A stretch of DNA of 64,000 nucleotides from the human T2T-CHM13v2.0 reference genome, Homo sapiens, in the NCBI RefSeq assembly GCF_009914755.1, contig NC_060944.1. One strand, given 5' to 3'. Positions 1-14,628 of this stretch are shown here, piece by piece. Numbering within the stretch: position 1 is the stretch's first letter; each line of letters opens with the position of its first letter. A program made the position numbers and the translations under genes. A model generated the notes under the pieces. That model had not been told where the DNA came from, did not search any database, and saw nothing but the letters and a program-made list of their open reading frames with translations.

Positions 1-106
1 GCTTGCCAAAGGTATTACTGGCAGCAGATGCAGAACCATGACCAGAACCCCCATTTCTGGGTCCCCAGGAATGAGGAGGCTTGCCGCACCTCCATCTATT
101 TATTAG

Positions 107-680
<574 letters not shown>

Positions 681-773
681 GAGTTGCTGTATGATTTAGG
701 GGAACCATTTTCTTCTCTACTTCCCTTCTACCCAAAATATATACCATCTCACTGAGTATTGAAGCGGAGTTCC

Positions 774-1074
<301 letters not shown>

Positions 1075-1311
1075 CCTTCTTCTTTTTTTTTTTTTTTTTA
1101 AAGAACATGTATTTTTTTCTTTTACTTTGGATGCAGAAGTTCATTATGTACCTTTTGGAATTATAAAACAAAAAAATATATATAAAAAAATCACCCAGAA
1201 CCCCACCATTCAGAAGTGACACTGTTAATATTTTAATGACCAATCCATCAGACTTTTTTATACATACATATACTTTCTTTTTACAAAATTTCGAGAAAAG
1301 ATGCAATAGTG

Positions 1312-2323
1312 TTGTATTCAGGCTCAGAAAATAATACCCCAGAATCTGGCGCTTTGACGTGCTGAACTGAAGAAGCGGTTTCAAGGTCTCTTTCTGACCT
1401 TGCCCTGCCTCCCTGTCTCTCTGATCCTCTTACTTTCCCAAAGCACCAGGAGGGGCTGTCGCTGGAATTTTCTTATCTGCCTAAGAAAGCTTCTTTCCAA
1501 GAGAAATGCAATTTCTTAAAACTCCCCGTCCCTAGGAATCTCATCAAATAACCAGGAAAGATTAACCACTGGAAAAGAGACTAGATGTAGTCACCGTGCT
1601 CAGACAGACTTTCATTTGTTTTTCTGAGAGCAGCTCCTAGAGATCACCTGGGACGCTTCATCTGCATAGTAAGACAATCTTTGTTTACAGTGAAGGTCTG
1701 CCCCTTACCTTCCCGCCACCTCCCCCAGAGCTCAGAAGAATTTTGTCTCAGGCAGTTGTTCTTTAGGATCATTCATTTCCCCTAAAAAGTCACTTACTCC
1801 TATACCTCCCATTTCCCCTTCCCTGATGAAGAAGGGCATATAAGGGTTATTGGGTAATCATTCTCCTATAATTCCCCTGTGTTACTCACATTAAATAATT
1901 TATTTTATTATTATTATTATTTTTTGAGAGGCAAGATGTTCTTCTGTTGCCTGGGCTGGAGTGCAGTGGCACAATCATAGCTCAACTGCAGCCTCAAACT
2001 CCTGGGTTCAAGTGATCCTCCTGCCTCTGATTACCAAGTAGCTGGGACTGTGGACACATATCACCATGCCTGGCTAATTTTTTAAAAAAATTTTTTGTAG
2101 AGACAGGATCTTGTTTTGTTACCCAGGGTAGTCTCAAACTTCCGGCTTCAAGTGATCCTCTCACCATGGCCTCCCAAAGTGTGGAATTACAGGCATGAGC
2201 CACCATGCCTGGCCTTGTTAAATACAATTTCATATGCCTTTTTCTTTTACTAATCTGTCTATTATAGTTCGTTTTCAGCAAACCTTAAGAGGACAGAGGA
2301 GAAGCTTCCCTTCGGCCCTTACA
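1312..2323 (+). mobile_element. ERV1 solo LTR (MER39/MER34-like), interrupted by an Alu
   Basis: Starts with ctcagaaaataataccccagaatctggcgctttgac; ends cccttcggcccttaca; subfamily from memory. Confidence 0.55.
1900..2214 (-). mobile_element. AluJ-like SINE
   Basis: (tta)n/T tail and diverged dimeric Alu with J-type cacaatcatagctca motif. Confidence 0.85.
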
Positions 2324-2329
2324 ATTGCA

Positions 2330-2510
2330 CAGTGGCTCTCAAAACTGAGCATACATTCACCTGGAAGGGTTGCTCAAACATAGATTGCTGGGCCCCACCC
2401 CCAGAGCTTTTGATCAGGAGGTCTGGGACCAGGCCTGGGATTTGGCACTTCTAACAAGTTCCAGGTGATGTGGGGCTGCTGGTCCAGGGACCACACCTTG
2501 GGAAGCACTG
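2330..2510. mobile_element. MER5A DNA transposon
   Basis: cagtggctctcaaa...gattgctgggccccaccccaga...gctgctggtccagggaccacac...gaagcactg. Confidence 0.7.
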
Positions 2511-4230
2511 GACTCAGTGTTCTAAGATTTCCTGAGCACCAGTAGTTGGAATCCAGCTCTGCCACCCACTACCTGCCCACAGGGAAGTTAGGCTGCCTCT
2601 CCATGATGCAACTTCTGAGTCCACAAGGACAGTACCTGCCTCATAAGATTATTATTATTATAAGGATTATATGAGTTAATTAGTAAAGCACACAAGAAGT
2701 ATTAATTATGATGAATATGCATATAATTGTTTAATCAAGATTTCTTAACAATTGTTCAAAAACATTTTTCAAGTCATTATTCTTCAATGTATTTGCTTTC
2801 AAAGGCTGTGGGCTTATCCTTCATAGTGATGTATTTATCTAGTCCACAGTCTTCAACTAAACAGTGCTGCAATGAGCATTCTCATGGATAAATCACAGTG
2901 CACCTGTCTGCTTATTTCCTTAGGATATAATGTGCTAAATGTGAAATTGCTGAGGAAAATTACATGAGCATATTTAAAACTTTTGATATGTTTTGCTAAA
3001 TGGCCTTCCAGAAAAATTATACTGATTTATAATGCTACCAGCAGTATATGAGGTCATCTTTTCCTTATATTCTTATTAATATCCCATGTTATTGGTTTTT
3101 TAAAATTATGCCAATACTTTGTTTGTTAATTTGAATTTCTTTGATGACTACTGAAGTTGGATGTCCCAGCTTCAATATCTCAGGACTTTAAATATTTTTT
3201 AAAATCCCTCAAAGCTTGTGTTTACAGAATGTTAACCAGCCCTTTTCTCCTCAATGAATGAACTCTGTGTCTTGGCACGTCTCTTGTAGTAGCAGAGGCA
3301 TCATCTCACAGGTAGCAGCTGCTTGATTTAAATCCCACCTGTGCTGCTGGTAACATACCTCCCATTTAATAGATGGGTGTGGACTAGAGGAGGATGAAAC
3401 ATTAAGAGAGCAAACAGAAGGAGAGAAGTTATTTGTTCCACAAAAATTCTCTCAACATCTCTTACAGGTCAGGCCCTCTGCTAAACTTAGAGGATGCAAA
3501 GACAAGGAAGTCTCAAAGTGCAGGGTGGTGGGGTGGGAGAATACACACAAAATAATGTGAAATATAACAGTGCAAATGAAAACAATGGGGTAGGAATCTA
3601 ATGAAGGAAATGATGGTATCTTTGAAGTCAGAGAGGACCTGGGTTCAAATCCTGTTTCTTTCAACTCCTAGCTTTGGACAGTAATATGCAAAGACTATTT
3701 TTAGGCTTAAACTAGTTAAAATGACAGGTAAAAAATACCTGGAAACAAGTAAAGTTTCCTGTTTCCAGGATTCTCACAATTGCAGCCCAAGGGCCAAATA
3801 TGGCATATAGAAGGTCTTGTTTGGTGCATCCAGTATTTTTGAAAAAAATATTTAGTAGAGGAATTAGGATGGCTTAGACCAATAGATCCTGGTTGCCCAA
3901 CTTAAACCCCTGGAAATATATTTGTTCCTCTAGAAGAGATCTGGGTTCATTCACTGACTTCTCCTTCTGGTCAAGGTGGAATAACAGAGAATGGGTTTAT
4001 CCTCTTAGCTGAAACAAAAAAATCTGGGGAAAACATATGAATCAACAGTTTTCAAGACATTGGACATCAGGCAACACAGAACCGTGATCCCTGAGAGAGA
4101 GAAAACAAAAGAGAGCCTAGCAATTGCCTCTGCTTACTATCTGGAGAGAGTTTTCAGGCCACGGCACAGGACAGGGAGTCCAGGTAGGGCCCGGGGGTCT
4201 TCCTGAGTTGAAGAGATGGAGCTGGGTGGC

Positions 4231-4948
4231 TGCTATGGTTAGAATGTTTTTGTCCCCTGTAAAAAATTATGTTGAGGCTGGATACAGTGGCTCACGCCCT
4301 TAATCCCAACACTTTGGGAGGCCAAGGCAGGAGGATTGCTTGAGGCCAGGCGTTCAAAATAAGCCTGTACAACATAGTGAGACCCCATCTCTACAAAATA
4401 AAATTTTTTTAAATAGCCAGGCATGGTGATGCACACCTGTAGTCCCAGCTACTCAGGAGGCTGAGGTGGGAGGAACACCTGAGTCTAGGAGACTAAGGCT
4501 GCAATGAGGCATGGTTATACCGCTGCACTCCAGCCTGGTTAACAGAGCAAAACCCTATCTCCAAAAAAAAAAAAAAATTAAATTTATGTTGAAACCTAAC
4601 CCCTAATGCAATAGTGTTGGGAGATGGGGCCTTTTGGAAGGTGTTTAGTCATGAGGACTCTGCCCTCATGAATGGATTAATGTTGTTATAAAAGGGCTTC
4701 ATGAAGGTAGTCTATCCTTTTGCCCTTCTGCCCTCTGCCATATAAGGACATGGCATTTCTCCCCTCTGGAGGACACAGCATTGAAGGCGTCATCTTGGAA
4801 GCAGAGAACAGCTCTCACTAGACATCCAACACTGGCATCTTGATCTTGAACTTCCCAGCCTCTAGAACCATGAGAAATAAATTTCTGTTCTTTATAAATT
4901 ACCCAGACTTGGGTATTTTTGTTGTAGCAATGCAAACGCATTAATCCA
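4231..4948 (+). mobile_element. MaLR MST-family solo LTR, interrupted by an Alu
   Basis: tgctatggtt start; ...ataaatttctgttctttataaattacccag... 3' end. Confidence 0.75.
4276..4577 (+). mobile_element. AluJ-like SINE
   Basis: Dimeric Alu with poly-A; TSD-like ttatgttga on both sides. Confidence 0.9.
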
Positions 4949-6360
4949 GAGGCCAAGGTGTCTGGAGTTCACAGGGCAGAGTATCACTGAGAAGAGAGCT
5001 TGTGGGGAGGAGCAGGTTCAAGAGCACAGGTGACCTCTGGCGATCAGCAGAGAGCCCCTCCTGTCTTCTGAGTACTAATGAGCATGTGCATGTATGAAAC
5101 CTACCTGAGGAGCAAAGAACCACCTGATTAGATTAGAGGGAACAACCCCAGGTTCCCCCACAGGGCTGGGAATAGTCTCTGTTCTTAGGAGCCAGAGTGA
5201 AAAATCTCACAGGGCTTTAGGCAGAGGATTCACAAGGTTTCTTCCTTAGTAGCTGGACAAAATTTGCTCTAAACATGGATATGGTTCCATCTAAAAATGT
5301 TTAAAAGCAAAGATTAAACTAATTCCAAGGAACTTGACTGTGTCCCAGAAAAAAAAAAATCAAACATATTTATAGAAACACACACAAAAAAACCTAGCAC
5401 ATGATGATGTAAATTCAGTGTCTGGTATCCATTAAAAAAATTGCCAGGCATGCAAAGAAGCAAGGAAATTCAATCCATTAATGAGGAGAAAATTTGATCA
5501 TTGGAAACTGACCCGGAAATGACACAAATGATAGAACTGATAAATAAAGACATTAAAACCATGATTATAGCTGTATTTCATAGGTTCAGGAAACTAGAGG
5601 AAGGACTGAGTTACTAAATTGTGACATGGAAGACAGCAAAAAGGCTCGTATAAAAAAGATTAGTGAAATTAAATATATAGCAAGAGAAACTATCCAGAAT
5701 GAACCATAGAGAAAAAAAAGACTGAAAAAAAAAATGAACAGAGTATCAGCAAAATGTGGGACAACTTCCAGTATAATATACATATACACACAACACACAA
5801 CACACACACCCTCACACATAGGTATGTGTATAAGCAGATAGACATATTTATAAGCAGATAAATATATACATATGTGTATATATGTGTGTGTATATATAGA
5901 TCAAATATATATATATATATATATGAGAGAGCTTGAAGGAGAAATAATGGTTGAAAATTTGCCAAATTTGATGTAAACAAAACTCACAGACTGAAGAAAC
6001 CCAGTGAACCCCAAGCACATTAATTCATCACAGTCTCTACCTTCTACTTCCGACTGATATTATACCACTTTGCCTTACGAGATTATACTTGAGACTCTCA
6101 CAACATTAAGCAAATGACACCAAGGGCCATTATAATCAAATTACTCAAAACTAGACATAAACTAAAAACCTTAAAGGCAGCCAGAAAATAAAAAACCCAG
6201 GTTATATATACACATGAACAAATATAAGGCCGGCATCAGATTTCTCAAAAGAAACAATGCAAGTAAGAAGACAGTAGAGTAGCATCCTTAAAATGCTCAG
6301 AGAAAAATAAAGTCAACCTAGAATTCTACATCCAGCAAACATGTCTTTTTAAAAATGAAA

Positions 6361-6583
6361 GCCTGGGCAACGTGGCAAAACCCCATCTCTACAAAAAACA
6401 CACACACACACAAATTAGCCGGGCATGGTGACACATGCCTGTAGTCCCAACTACTCAGGAGGCTGAGATGGGAGGATCACCTGAGCCTGGGGAGATCGAG
6501 GCTGTAGTGAGCCAAGATCATGCCACTGCATTCCAGCCTGAGTGACAGAATGAGAACCTGTCTCAAAAAAAAAAAAAAAAAAA
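6361..6583 (+). mobile_element. 5'-truncated Alu
   Basis: End of left arm, right arm and poly-A tail. Confidence 0.85.
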
Positions 6584-7829
6584 TCAAACTAAAGATGTTT
6601 TCAGATACCCAAAGGCAGGAAGAATTCATCACCAGCATACCTGTATACAAAAAAAGTGTTGATAAGTCCTTTAGGCAAAAAAAAAAAAAAAAAAAAAAAA
6701 AAGATACCAGATGGGAGTCTGACTCTACACAAAGGAATGAAGAGCACTGGAAATGACAACTATGGGCAAATAAAACCCCTCTTTTCTCTTACTTTAAAAA
6801 TCACTTTAAAAACAAATTTGACTATTTAAAGCAAAAATAACAACAGTGTACTGTGGAGTTTATAATATATGAAGCAATACTATGTATAACAAAAACAATA
6901 CAAAGGCCAACAGGGGAGAAATGGGAGTATAATGTTGTAAGGTTCTGATTCTGTATGTGAAGTGGTATAATGTCATCTGAAAGCAGACTGTGATAGGTTA
7001 GAGATGTGTATTATAAACTCCAAAACAACTGCTAAAATAATTCAACAAAGAATTATAGCTAATAAGCCAACAAAAGAGATAAAATGGAATCATAAAAAAT
7101 ATTAATCTAAAAAAGAAGCAGAACAAAAAAGAAACAAATAACAAATGGGGGAAACAGAAAATAAATAGCAACATGGTGGATTTAAACCCAACCATATCAA
7201 TTATCACCTTAAATGTAAATGGTCTAAACACCCAAATTAAAGAGGCAGAAATTATCGGATTGGAACTTGCCGAGGTCATCTCCTAGACAGAGGTGGGGGT
7301 GGGCAGCCCTGGCAGCTGTGCTCTAGCATCTCATTTTGTTGCCTCTTAGACATGTGGTCCCTTCTCTGTGGGCCAAAATGGAAGTCAGGACGCTTTATGC
7401 CAGGAGTAGAGAGTGGAGACTTCCCAACATGTACTATGGAATGTCAATGCACAGCAGCACTGAATTAATCTCAGACAGCAGCTGCTAGCACCTCTGAATG
7501 AGTCTTCATTCACCACCACCTTCTCCCCGAGATCACTGGCTCTGATTCCGGAGTTCACCTGACTACCATAATCCTAGCAGCTGGGTAACCTCTGGGCGGC
7601 CCATCCCACCCTCAGGACAGTGATCTGCCAGCCAGCATTACAGACAGGATCTCCCTGTCAAGACAAATGCTTGGAAACCAGCCCTAAATGCCAAGCAACC
7701 AGATTGTTTTCCCCACTTGATGTCATGTGAGACTTTGTCCAATGTCTGCAGAGCTTCTCCCATGGCAGGATAAGCGGCCAGGCTGGACACACAATCTCAG
7801 AGGACCCAGACATCCATAGAGATATTTCG

Positions 7830-8350
7830 TTCATTCATTCATTTGTCCATAGAATGCTTATTGAGTGAGTACCTTCTGTGTGTCAGGCACTGTTTTAGAC
7901 ACTGAGAAAGCAGTGAAGACTGTGAAAAGGCTTGTGTCTCCCAGGGGCTTGCGGTCTAGTGAAGGGAGACAGACAGATATGCAATGAAATATGATGACTG
8001 GTAAAATAGCAATCCTGACAAGGTCTGATGGATGCACCCAACCAGGTTTGGAAGGATGAGCAAGAGTCTTCTCGGGGGACAAGGCAGGGAAGGCCACCAC
8101 AGGCAAAGTTCCAACAGTTACAAGGTGGCAAAAGTGAGTAGAAGTGGGATGTGTTGGGAATGTCTGGGGCTCTGGTCTGCAAGGATAGTACACGTGAGGA
8201 TGTAAGAGCCAGACAAGCCTGGAGAAATAGCATGTGCCAGATGATAAAGAATCTGTATGCCTGGCCAGGGAGTTTGGACTTGACTCCCTGGCCTGGAACA
8301 AGGTATCCTTAAAGGATTTTATGCAGGTGGATGGCATGAGGATATTGGAG
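7830..8350 (-). mobile_element. L2 LINE 3' fragment
   Basis: ttcattcattcattt...ttattgagtgagtaccttctgtgtgtcaggcactg L2 3'-end signature. Confidence 0.6.
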
Positions 8351-9269
8351 CTTCAGAGAGGCTACTCTGGAGGCAGAGGAATGGGCATGTGGGGTCTGGG
8401 GGAAGCCGCTAGAGGAAGAGAAGTGAGAGACAGGGCTGGTAGGGAGAGGCTGGCCTAATGGGGGTCAGAGTTAGGTAAATATCTGTCTGGCTGACAAGGA
8501 GGAGGTGATGAAGAGGTGAAAGGGGCAGGGCCTGGAGACCTATCAGACATGGGGGAGGCGTGGAAGCTGGGGAGGTCTGTGCTAGAGCTGATCTAGAAGA
8601 TGTTTCTGTGGGGGTATCACAGCCCAGGGTATCACCACAGACAAAGGGGAAGCCTGGGGGGGTTGGGCAGTGTTCTCTTCACTGCTGGCTCTGACAGTGA
8701 TGAGGAAAGGTGAGCCCTGTTACCGACGACACTATGGGTAGCCTGGATTTCTTGCAATCCTATAGGACTGCCCTGTCAAGCTGATGGAGGAGGCCAGAGG
8801 GGGACTAGGGTAGACCGAGCACCAAATGTGGCCATCCTCACAATACACAAAGCTAAGAATCTCAGGAAGCAATGCCTGGGAGAGTAGTGGGTGTGATCTC
8901 TCCACTGCCTCCCTGCCCTTCCTAAGATCCAGCCACACTTGCCCGTCCCCAGTCACGCTGTGCCCGCTCTGCCTCCAAGCGTGTATATATGCGATTCCCT
9001 CTGCCTGAAACTCCCACTGCCTCCATCCTGCTCAATGCGGCTGACTTTTCCTTTAGGACTCAGCCTGGATTTCCCAGCCCTCAGGTGACTTAGGGTTCCT
9101 CTCTGCCACCCTCCCCTAGCTTCCTGTCTCATTTCTAATCACAGTGATATGGTGCCCTTTCTTCTTGTCACTGACCACTACTAGATGGTAAGTGCCTTGG
9201 AGGTTGAAATGGGTTGTATTATTTCTTAATTTTCAGGGTCAGCATGAGGCCTGAAAGAATGGACAGGCA

Positions 9270-9760
9270 ATGTAGGGGTGGATAGAGGGAAGAAGGGAGG
9301 GATTGATGGAGGAGTGACTGGAGGAACCATAGATGGAAAGAAAGAAGGAAGGGACGGAGAAAAGAAGGAGGGAGGGAGAAATGGAAGGAAAGAAAGAAGA
9401 CAGGGAGATATGGGTGGACAGGGGAATGGATGGATTTATGAGAGATTGATGGATGTATAGGAGGAATGAAGGATGGATGGATGGAGAGATTTACAGACAC
9501 ATGAGAGTATGAATTAGTGAAGGAATGAGTAAATGATTGATGGAGTAGTAGAATGAGCAAATAATGAGCAGGTGAATAAATAAATAAATGATCAAAAGAA
9601 TGAATGAACAAGTGAATCAATGTTTGAGTGGATGAATGAATAAGTAAATAAGAAAATAAGTGACTGAGAGAATGGATGAATAAATAAGTCAGTAAACACT
9701 TTGCATAAAATAAAATAAAAAATAAATGGATTGGTGAATGAGCTGATAAACGAAAGTAGT
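9270..9760. repeat. Purine-rich low-complexity tract (GGAA/GGAT/GAAT)n
   Basis: Directly visible; lies between L2 3' ends. Confidence 0.8.
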
Positions 9761-10121
9761 TAGTAAAGAAATATCATTGGTCATCTGAGCCTCCCCACCC
9801 AGCAATATTTGTAGCCCTAATTTCTTCAGCCAGTTGTGGACGTGGCTGTATCCCCAGTGCTTATAACTGTATCTGGTGCATAGTAGGTATTCAATAAACA
9901 TTTGATGAATAAATCAATGGATGAACGAGTGTCGGTAGATCCGTTGACCCAGTGCTGTGGCAAACACTGAGGTTGATATTAGGAGCCTGGTTTTTAATCC
10001 TAGCCCTTTGCTTTTCAATGATGTCACTTTGAGCTCAGCCCCTTTCTTCTCTGAGCCTGTTTCTCTATCTGTAAAATGGAAAAATTGCCTTTATTTGTCA
10101 AGGCTAAGGTAAAGATGTGAT

Positions 10122-10752
10122 TGTTACCAGAAAGGGGTCCTGATCTAGACCTCAAGAGGGGGTTCTTGGACCTCGCACAGGAAAGAATTCAGAGGAAGTT
10201 CATAAAGTGGAAGCGAGTTTATTAGGAAAGTAAAGCACACACAGAGCAGTGGCGTGGGTTGCTCAACTGAGTATACTTACAGTTATTTCTTGATTACCTG
10301 CTGAACAAGGGGTGGATTATTCATGAGTGCTCCAGGAAAGGGGTGGGCAATTTCCAGAACTGAGGGTTCCTCCCTGCTTTAGACCATATAGGGTAACTTC
10401 CTGACATTACCATGACATTTGTAAATTGTCATGGGTGCTGGTGGGAGTGTCTTTTAGCATGTTAATGCATTATAATTAGCGCATAATGAGCAGTGAGGAT
10501 GACCAGAGGTCACTTTCATCACCATCTTGGTTTCAGTGGGTTTTGGCTCTTTTTTTTTTGTTTTAACCACATCCCGTTTTATCAGCAGGGTCTTTGTGAC
10601 CTGTATCTTGTGATACTAGTCCTGCCAACCTTCTATCTCATCCTGTGACTAAGATTGTCTGACCTCCTGGGAATGCAGCCCATTAGGTCTCAGCCTTATT
10701 TTACCCAGCCCCTATTCAAGATGGAGTCACTCCTGTTTCAATGTCCCTGACA
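10122..10752 (-). mobile_element. MER41 (MER41B-like) ERV1 solo LTR
   Basis: Reverse complement begins TGTCAGGGACATTGAAACAGGAGTGACTCCATCTTGAATAGGGGCTGGGTAAAATAAGGCTGAGACC and ends ...GGTAACA; contains the GAS-bearing segment. Confidence 0.8.
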
Positions 10753-10959
10753 CAATAATAAGAGCCACATGGAAAAAATAAGGGCTCGACAAGTATTCAT
10801 TCACTCCAGTCCCCCCATTCTTTTCGTACTACCTGAAATCCCTCCTGGGTTTTTTTTAAAATTATAAAGCCCATACTATGTCTCTTCTCTTACAGAAGCG
10901 CACTTTCTCATTTGCACATCTGAGCAGCTGAATTTCACGCATAGCACCTCCCGGGGTTT

Positions 10960-11400
10960 GGTCAAAGGAGACAAAGACTCTCTCCTTTGACACAAACTAG
11001 TCTGTCTCCTCTGAGTCCTCCACTTGACTAGGCAGCCTCTCTGTCCTTGTAGACTCCAGCTGGAGCAAGAATCCTGCTAAATCAGTTTAGCAAAAATCCC
11101 CACTCTTGGTATCCGACCATTGTGGATATCTGATCAGCTTGGCCTGCCTTCAGCAATAATCCTCTCACGTTAATTTAGCCAGAAAATCCCTGAGGTTTCC
11201 TCTTAGTAATTTTCCATCCGTGGACCCCCGCTCTGCTCCTTGGTTATAAATTCTCACTTGTCCCTGTTGGAGTCAGAACTGAGCCCCATCTCTCTTCCCA
11301 CTATGAGACCCCACTGCAGCGATCCCTATACCCATCGCCAGGGGACCTTGAATTGGCCTCACCACCTTCAGCGAGTGCCACGAATAACGTTTTCTTTAAG
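10960..11400 (+). mobile_element. MER31-like ERV1 solo LTR
   Basis: gcaagaatcctgctaaatcagtttagc, tttcctcttagtaattttccatcc, ctccttggttataaattc motifs. Confidence 0.6.
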
Positions 11401-11899
11401 AGTTCTAGGCTCATGAAAAGCTCTTCCTCTCAGACGTTCCCACCTTAGTTGAGAGCTCTCCACATTTATAGTTTACTATTTTTGCTTTGATCATCATCAT
11501 CATCATTACTGAAAATTTCCCCCAGAGCTTCAGGCAGAGCTGGGTAGACAAAATACTTCCGGCCTGTTTTTATCTTCGTTTTTAATTTTAAATGGAGAAA
11601 ACATGGGATGGGTGGAGGAAGCAAAAGTGCTTTCTACTCGAGTGAGGTTTAAATTTCTGAACGCCACTATCCAAGCTCACTCTCCACTGGTTCCGATGAG
11701 AGCTGGGGCAAACCGGATTTCCCTTTCTTTGCAGTGAGGAAATTGCCTAATCATTTGCAGGCTAAGAGGAAAGACCGCACTGCAGAACAACTTATTTTAA
11801 TAGGAAGCACCAAGACTTCTTCTCTTAATGCTGACGACCGCCCGTTTATATTAGATGATCCCCTGAGCGTCTCTCCTTTTGTCTCCTTGAGTTTGAACC

Positions 11900-12075
11900 C
11901 TTAAGACCACGTGGACGGTGGGGAAATCCTCCCTCAACGTGCATGGCTCATCTCGCCACGAGGGGGCGCTCCCAGATCAGAGACACGCGGCTGCCGCCCA
12001 CCCACCTCGCGGCCGCCACCTCCTGTGCGTGCATCATCTTCGCGCACCTGCCCAGAGGGCGGGGCCGGGGGGTCT
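11900..12075. promoter_or_regulatory. Small CpG/GC-rich island around a CTCF site
   Basis: Dense CpGs and a GC box (gggcggggcc) against a CpG-poor background. Confidence 0.6.
11953..11971 (+). promoter_or_regulatory. CTCF core motif
   Basis: TCGCCACGAGGGGGCGCTC vs consensus TGGCCACCAGGGGGCGCTA. Confidence 0.8.
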
Positions 12076-12440
12076 CCTGCCCCATTAAGACTCCCTGAAG
12101 TCCAGGTGCAGCCCTGAAGGCTAGAGCAAGGTCACTACCGAGGAACAAGATGTTCTGTGAGACGTCCCGGGATCTCTGTGAAAACTCTGGACCTCTGGGA
12201 AGTCAATGGGGACTGCACTGAGGGCCTACTGTGTGCCAGGGCTTTATGTAACCCAAGTTATTCACTCCACAAACACTGAGGGCCTGCAGAGGTGGCTGTC
12301 CAAGAAGGGAAGGAAGCTGAGGGTGAAGGAGGGAGCCTGACCCTCAGACCAGTTTCCCTGGCAGCCAGCAGAGCATTCTGCAGCATGCTGCCAAGCAAGA
12401 AAGTGGTCTCAGCTGTGCACTAGCTTCAGCCTGCTCCTAG

Positions 12441-12474
12441 GGGAGCTCTGGAGTGGGAGCTGCACTACCACGAG
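12441..12474 (+). ncRNA. PDYN-AS1: Probable internal exon end of the antisense lncRNA; 5' boundary unresolved
   Basis: Strong donor GAG|GTGAGT at 12474/12475; nearest acceptor ctcctag at 12440; assignment relies on recalled annotation. Confidence 0.45.
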
Positions 12475-14058
12475 GTGAGTGACTGGTCTTTTATGCCCCT
12501 AGATCTGGAGTGGGGAGGGGTATGACAGCCAGAATCAGGGGCCTAGATGTGGCTCCCATAGCATCCACCCCAAATGTCAGCAATGATTGTTTTCAGATTG
12601 TGGTTACGTTGAGGATCCGTCCCTTAGGCAGAGAGCATGGAGGTGGCTCTCAGAGACACCCTCTCTTCCAGGGCTCCCCAGGGCTCCTCAGTGTCAGCCC
12701 CAACTCTTTCATGAGAGTGTGCTAGGACCTCCTTCTCCAAAAGAAAATCTCCAGTGAAGATCAATGTGTAACCTTGGGAGGTTGAGATGAGAGAGATGAT
12801 GAGATGATATGGTGGGGATGCTTTAGGAGTTCCCAAGGCCTGCTGGTGCTCTCTGCATACTCACCTGTGCCCAAACTGAACCAAGCTCATTCTCGACGCT
12901 TTTCCTCTTTCTCTCTCCCAATCCAGTCAGGTGCCTTGTCCTGCCGATTCCATACCCTTAATGTTCCCTACCCAGACTGGCAGTTACTGTGTAGTTAGCA
13001 GACAAGCAAGGACTTTGGGGGTTACCCTAAAACCCCAACTTAGCTCTTGAGTGAATCCGGGAATGTCAGTGTGGAAGGGATTTTTTGGATGCAGAAAAGG
13101 TTTCTTGCAAGTACTTGTTACTTAATATTCAATGTAATACAGTAGCTTAAAAAAAAAACCCTAGTCATTCTTAAGCCTTTAAGTTCAATTTACAAAACTT
13201 ATTATTCGATTTCTATGCAGTCAGTTTCAAGGGGCTTTTGATTAATGGTCAATCGACTCATACTCGGTTAAATGATTCATACCATTTGCAAACTTGGTTA
13301 ATTAAATTATCTTCAACATTTTACACAGGACTTACTAATTTAACGTATTCAATTTCCTTTTTTAAACACTTTCATTGCCTGACCTGACAAGCAAAACTTT
13401 CCAAAGTACTTAAACCACTTTGGAAAATCTAATTTAAAAACTTATACAACAGTGAATCTCAAGATCTCTTATACATTCTGGAGTCATTTATAAATTTAGT
13501 ATAAAAAGATTCATGTGCTTCTCAACGGAAGAATCACAAGTCTAAACTCAATTACATATTTTAAATAGGAGTCACAAGGCTAATTTGTTCATACTCTAAT
13601 ATGCAAAAAAAACCTCTTCAAAGTTGTGAATACTTTAAATACCAACTACACAATAATATAGGCTTGACTTCTAAACCTTTGTGGGGTTAAAAGATATCTG
13701 CCCAGTGATGGAAAAGTTCCCCATTTTAAGGTAATTGGGGTGACATCTTTCAGTACATTGTACTACCTCAGGGGCAAAGGTTTCATATTGTGGCAGAAAC
13801 TGCTGGATCTCTAATATCCGTGCTCCCCTGCCTCCTTAGAAATAGAACCTCAGACTCTAAATGGGCCAATTGGCTACCTAGAATAAAGATGGCATTTCCC
13901 AGCCTCCTTGTATCTGAGTGTGGCCATGTGACTCAGATCTGGCCAGTGAGATAAGCAGAAATGTTACATAGCAACTTCCAGAAAGGACAGCTGACGCGTA
14001 TGTCCTTTCCCCCTCTTTTTTATTTGTTCCTCCATCTTGCCACCTGGACCATAGATGT

Positions 14059-14493
14059 TGATATAGTTTGGATATTTGCCCCTGTCCACATTTCATGTTG
14101 AGTTGTAATCCCCAATGCTGGAGATGGGGCCTGGTGGGAGGTGTTTGGATCATAAGGGCGGATCCCTTGTGTGTGTCTTGGGCCATCCCCTTGGTGGTGA
14201 GCGAGCTCTCGCTCTGAGTTCACAGGAGATCTGGTCATTGAAAAGTGTGTGTGGCACCTCCCTCGACCCCTGTCTCTCTCTCTCTTGCTCCTGCTTTCAT
14301 TATGTGACGTGCCTGCTCCTCTTTCACGTTCCACCAGGATTGTAAGCTTCCTGAGGCCTCCCTAGAAGCCGAGCTGATGCCAGCACTATGCTTCCTGTAC
14401 GGCCCGCAGAACCATAAGCCAATTAAACTGCTTTCTTTATAAATTACCCAGTATCAGGTATTCTTTGTAGCAATGCAAGAACAGCCTAACACA
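14059..14493 (+). mobile_element. MSTA/MSTB MaLR solo LTR
   Basis: tgatatagtttggatatttg ... ttctttgtagcaatgcaagaacagcctaacaca. Confidence 0.8.
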
Positions 14494-14628
14494 GGTGGAG
14501 TGGTCAGATTCCAGTCACTGTCTTGGACCTGGAGGTCCAGGGTCCCCCTTTAGGGCTGGTGGTGTGATGTGCTATAGAAGAATCTTGGGATTCTGACAAC
14601 TTCATGAACAGCATGTCCACTTCAACCT

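Larger units (their letters stand above)
3950..7265 (+). mobile_element. Old L1M LINE fragment (5' region, ORF1, start of ORF2), decayed and interrupted
   Basis: A-rich ORF1-like sequence; endonuclease N-terminal relic ITLNVNGLN..IKR at ~7200-7265; no intact ORF. Confidence 0.7.
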
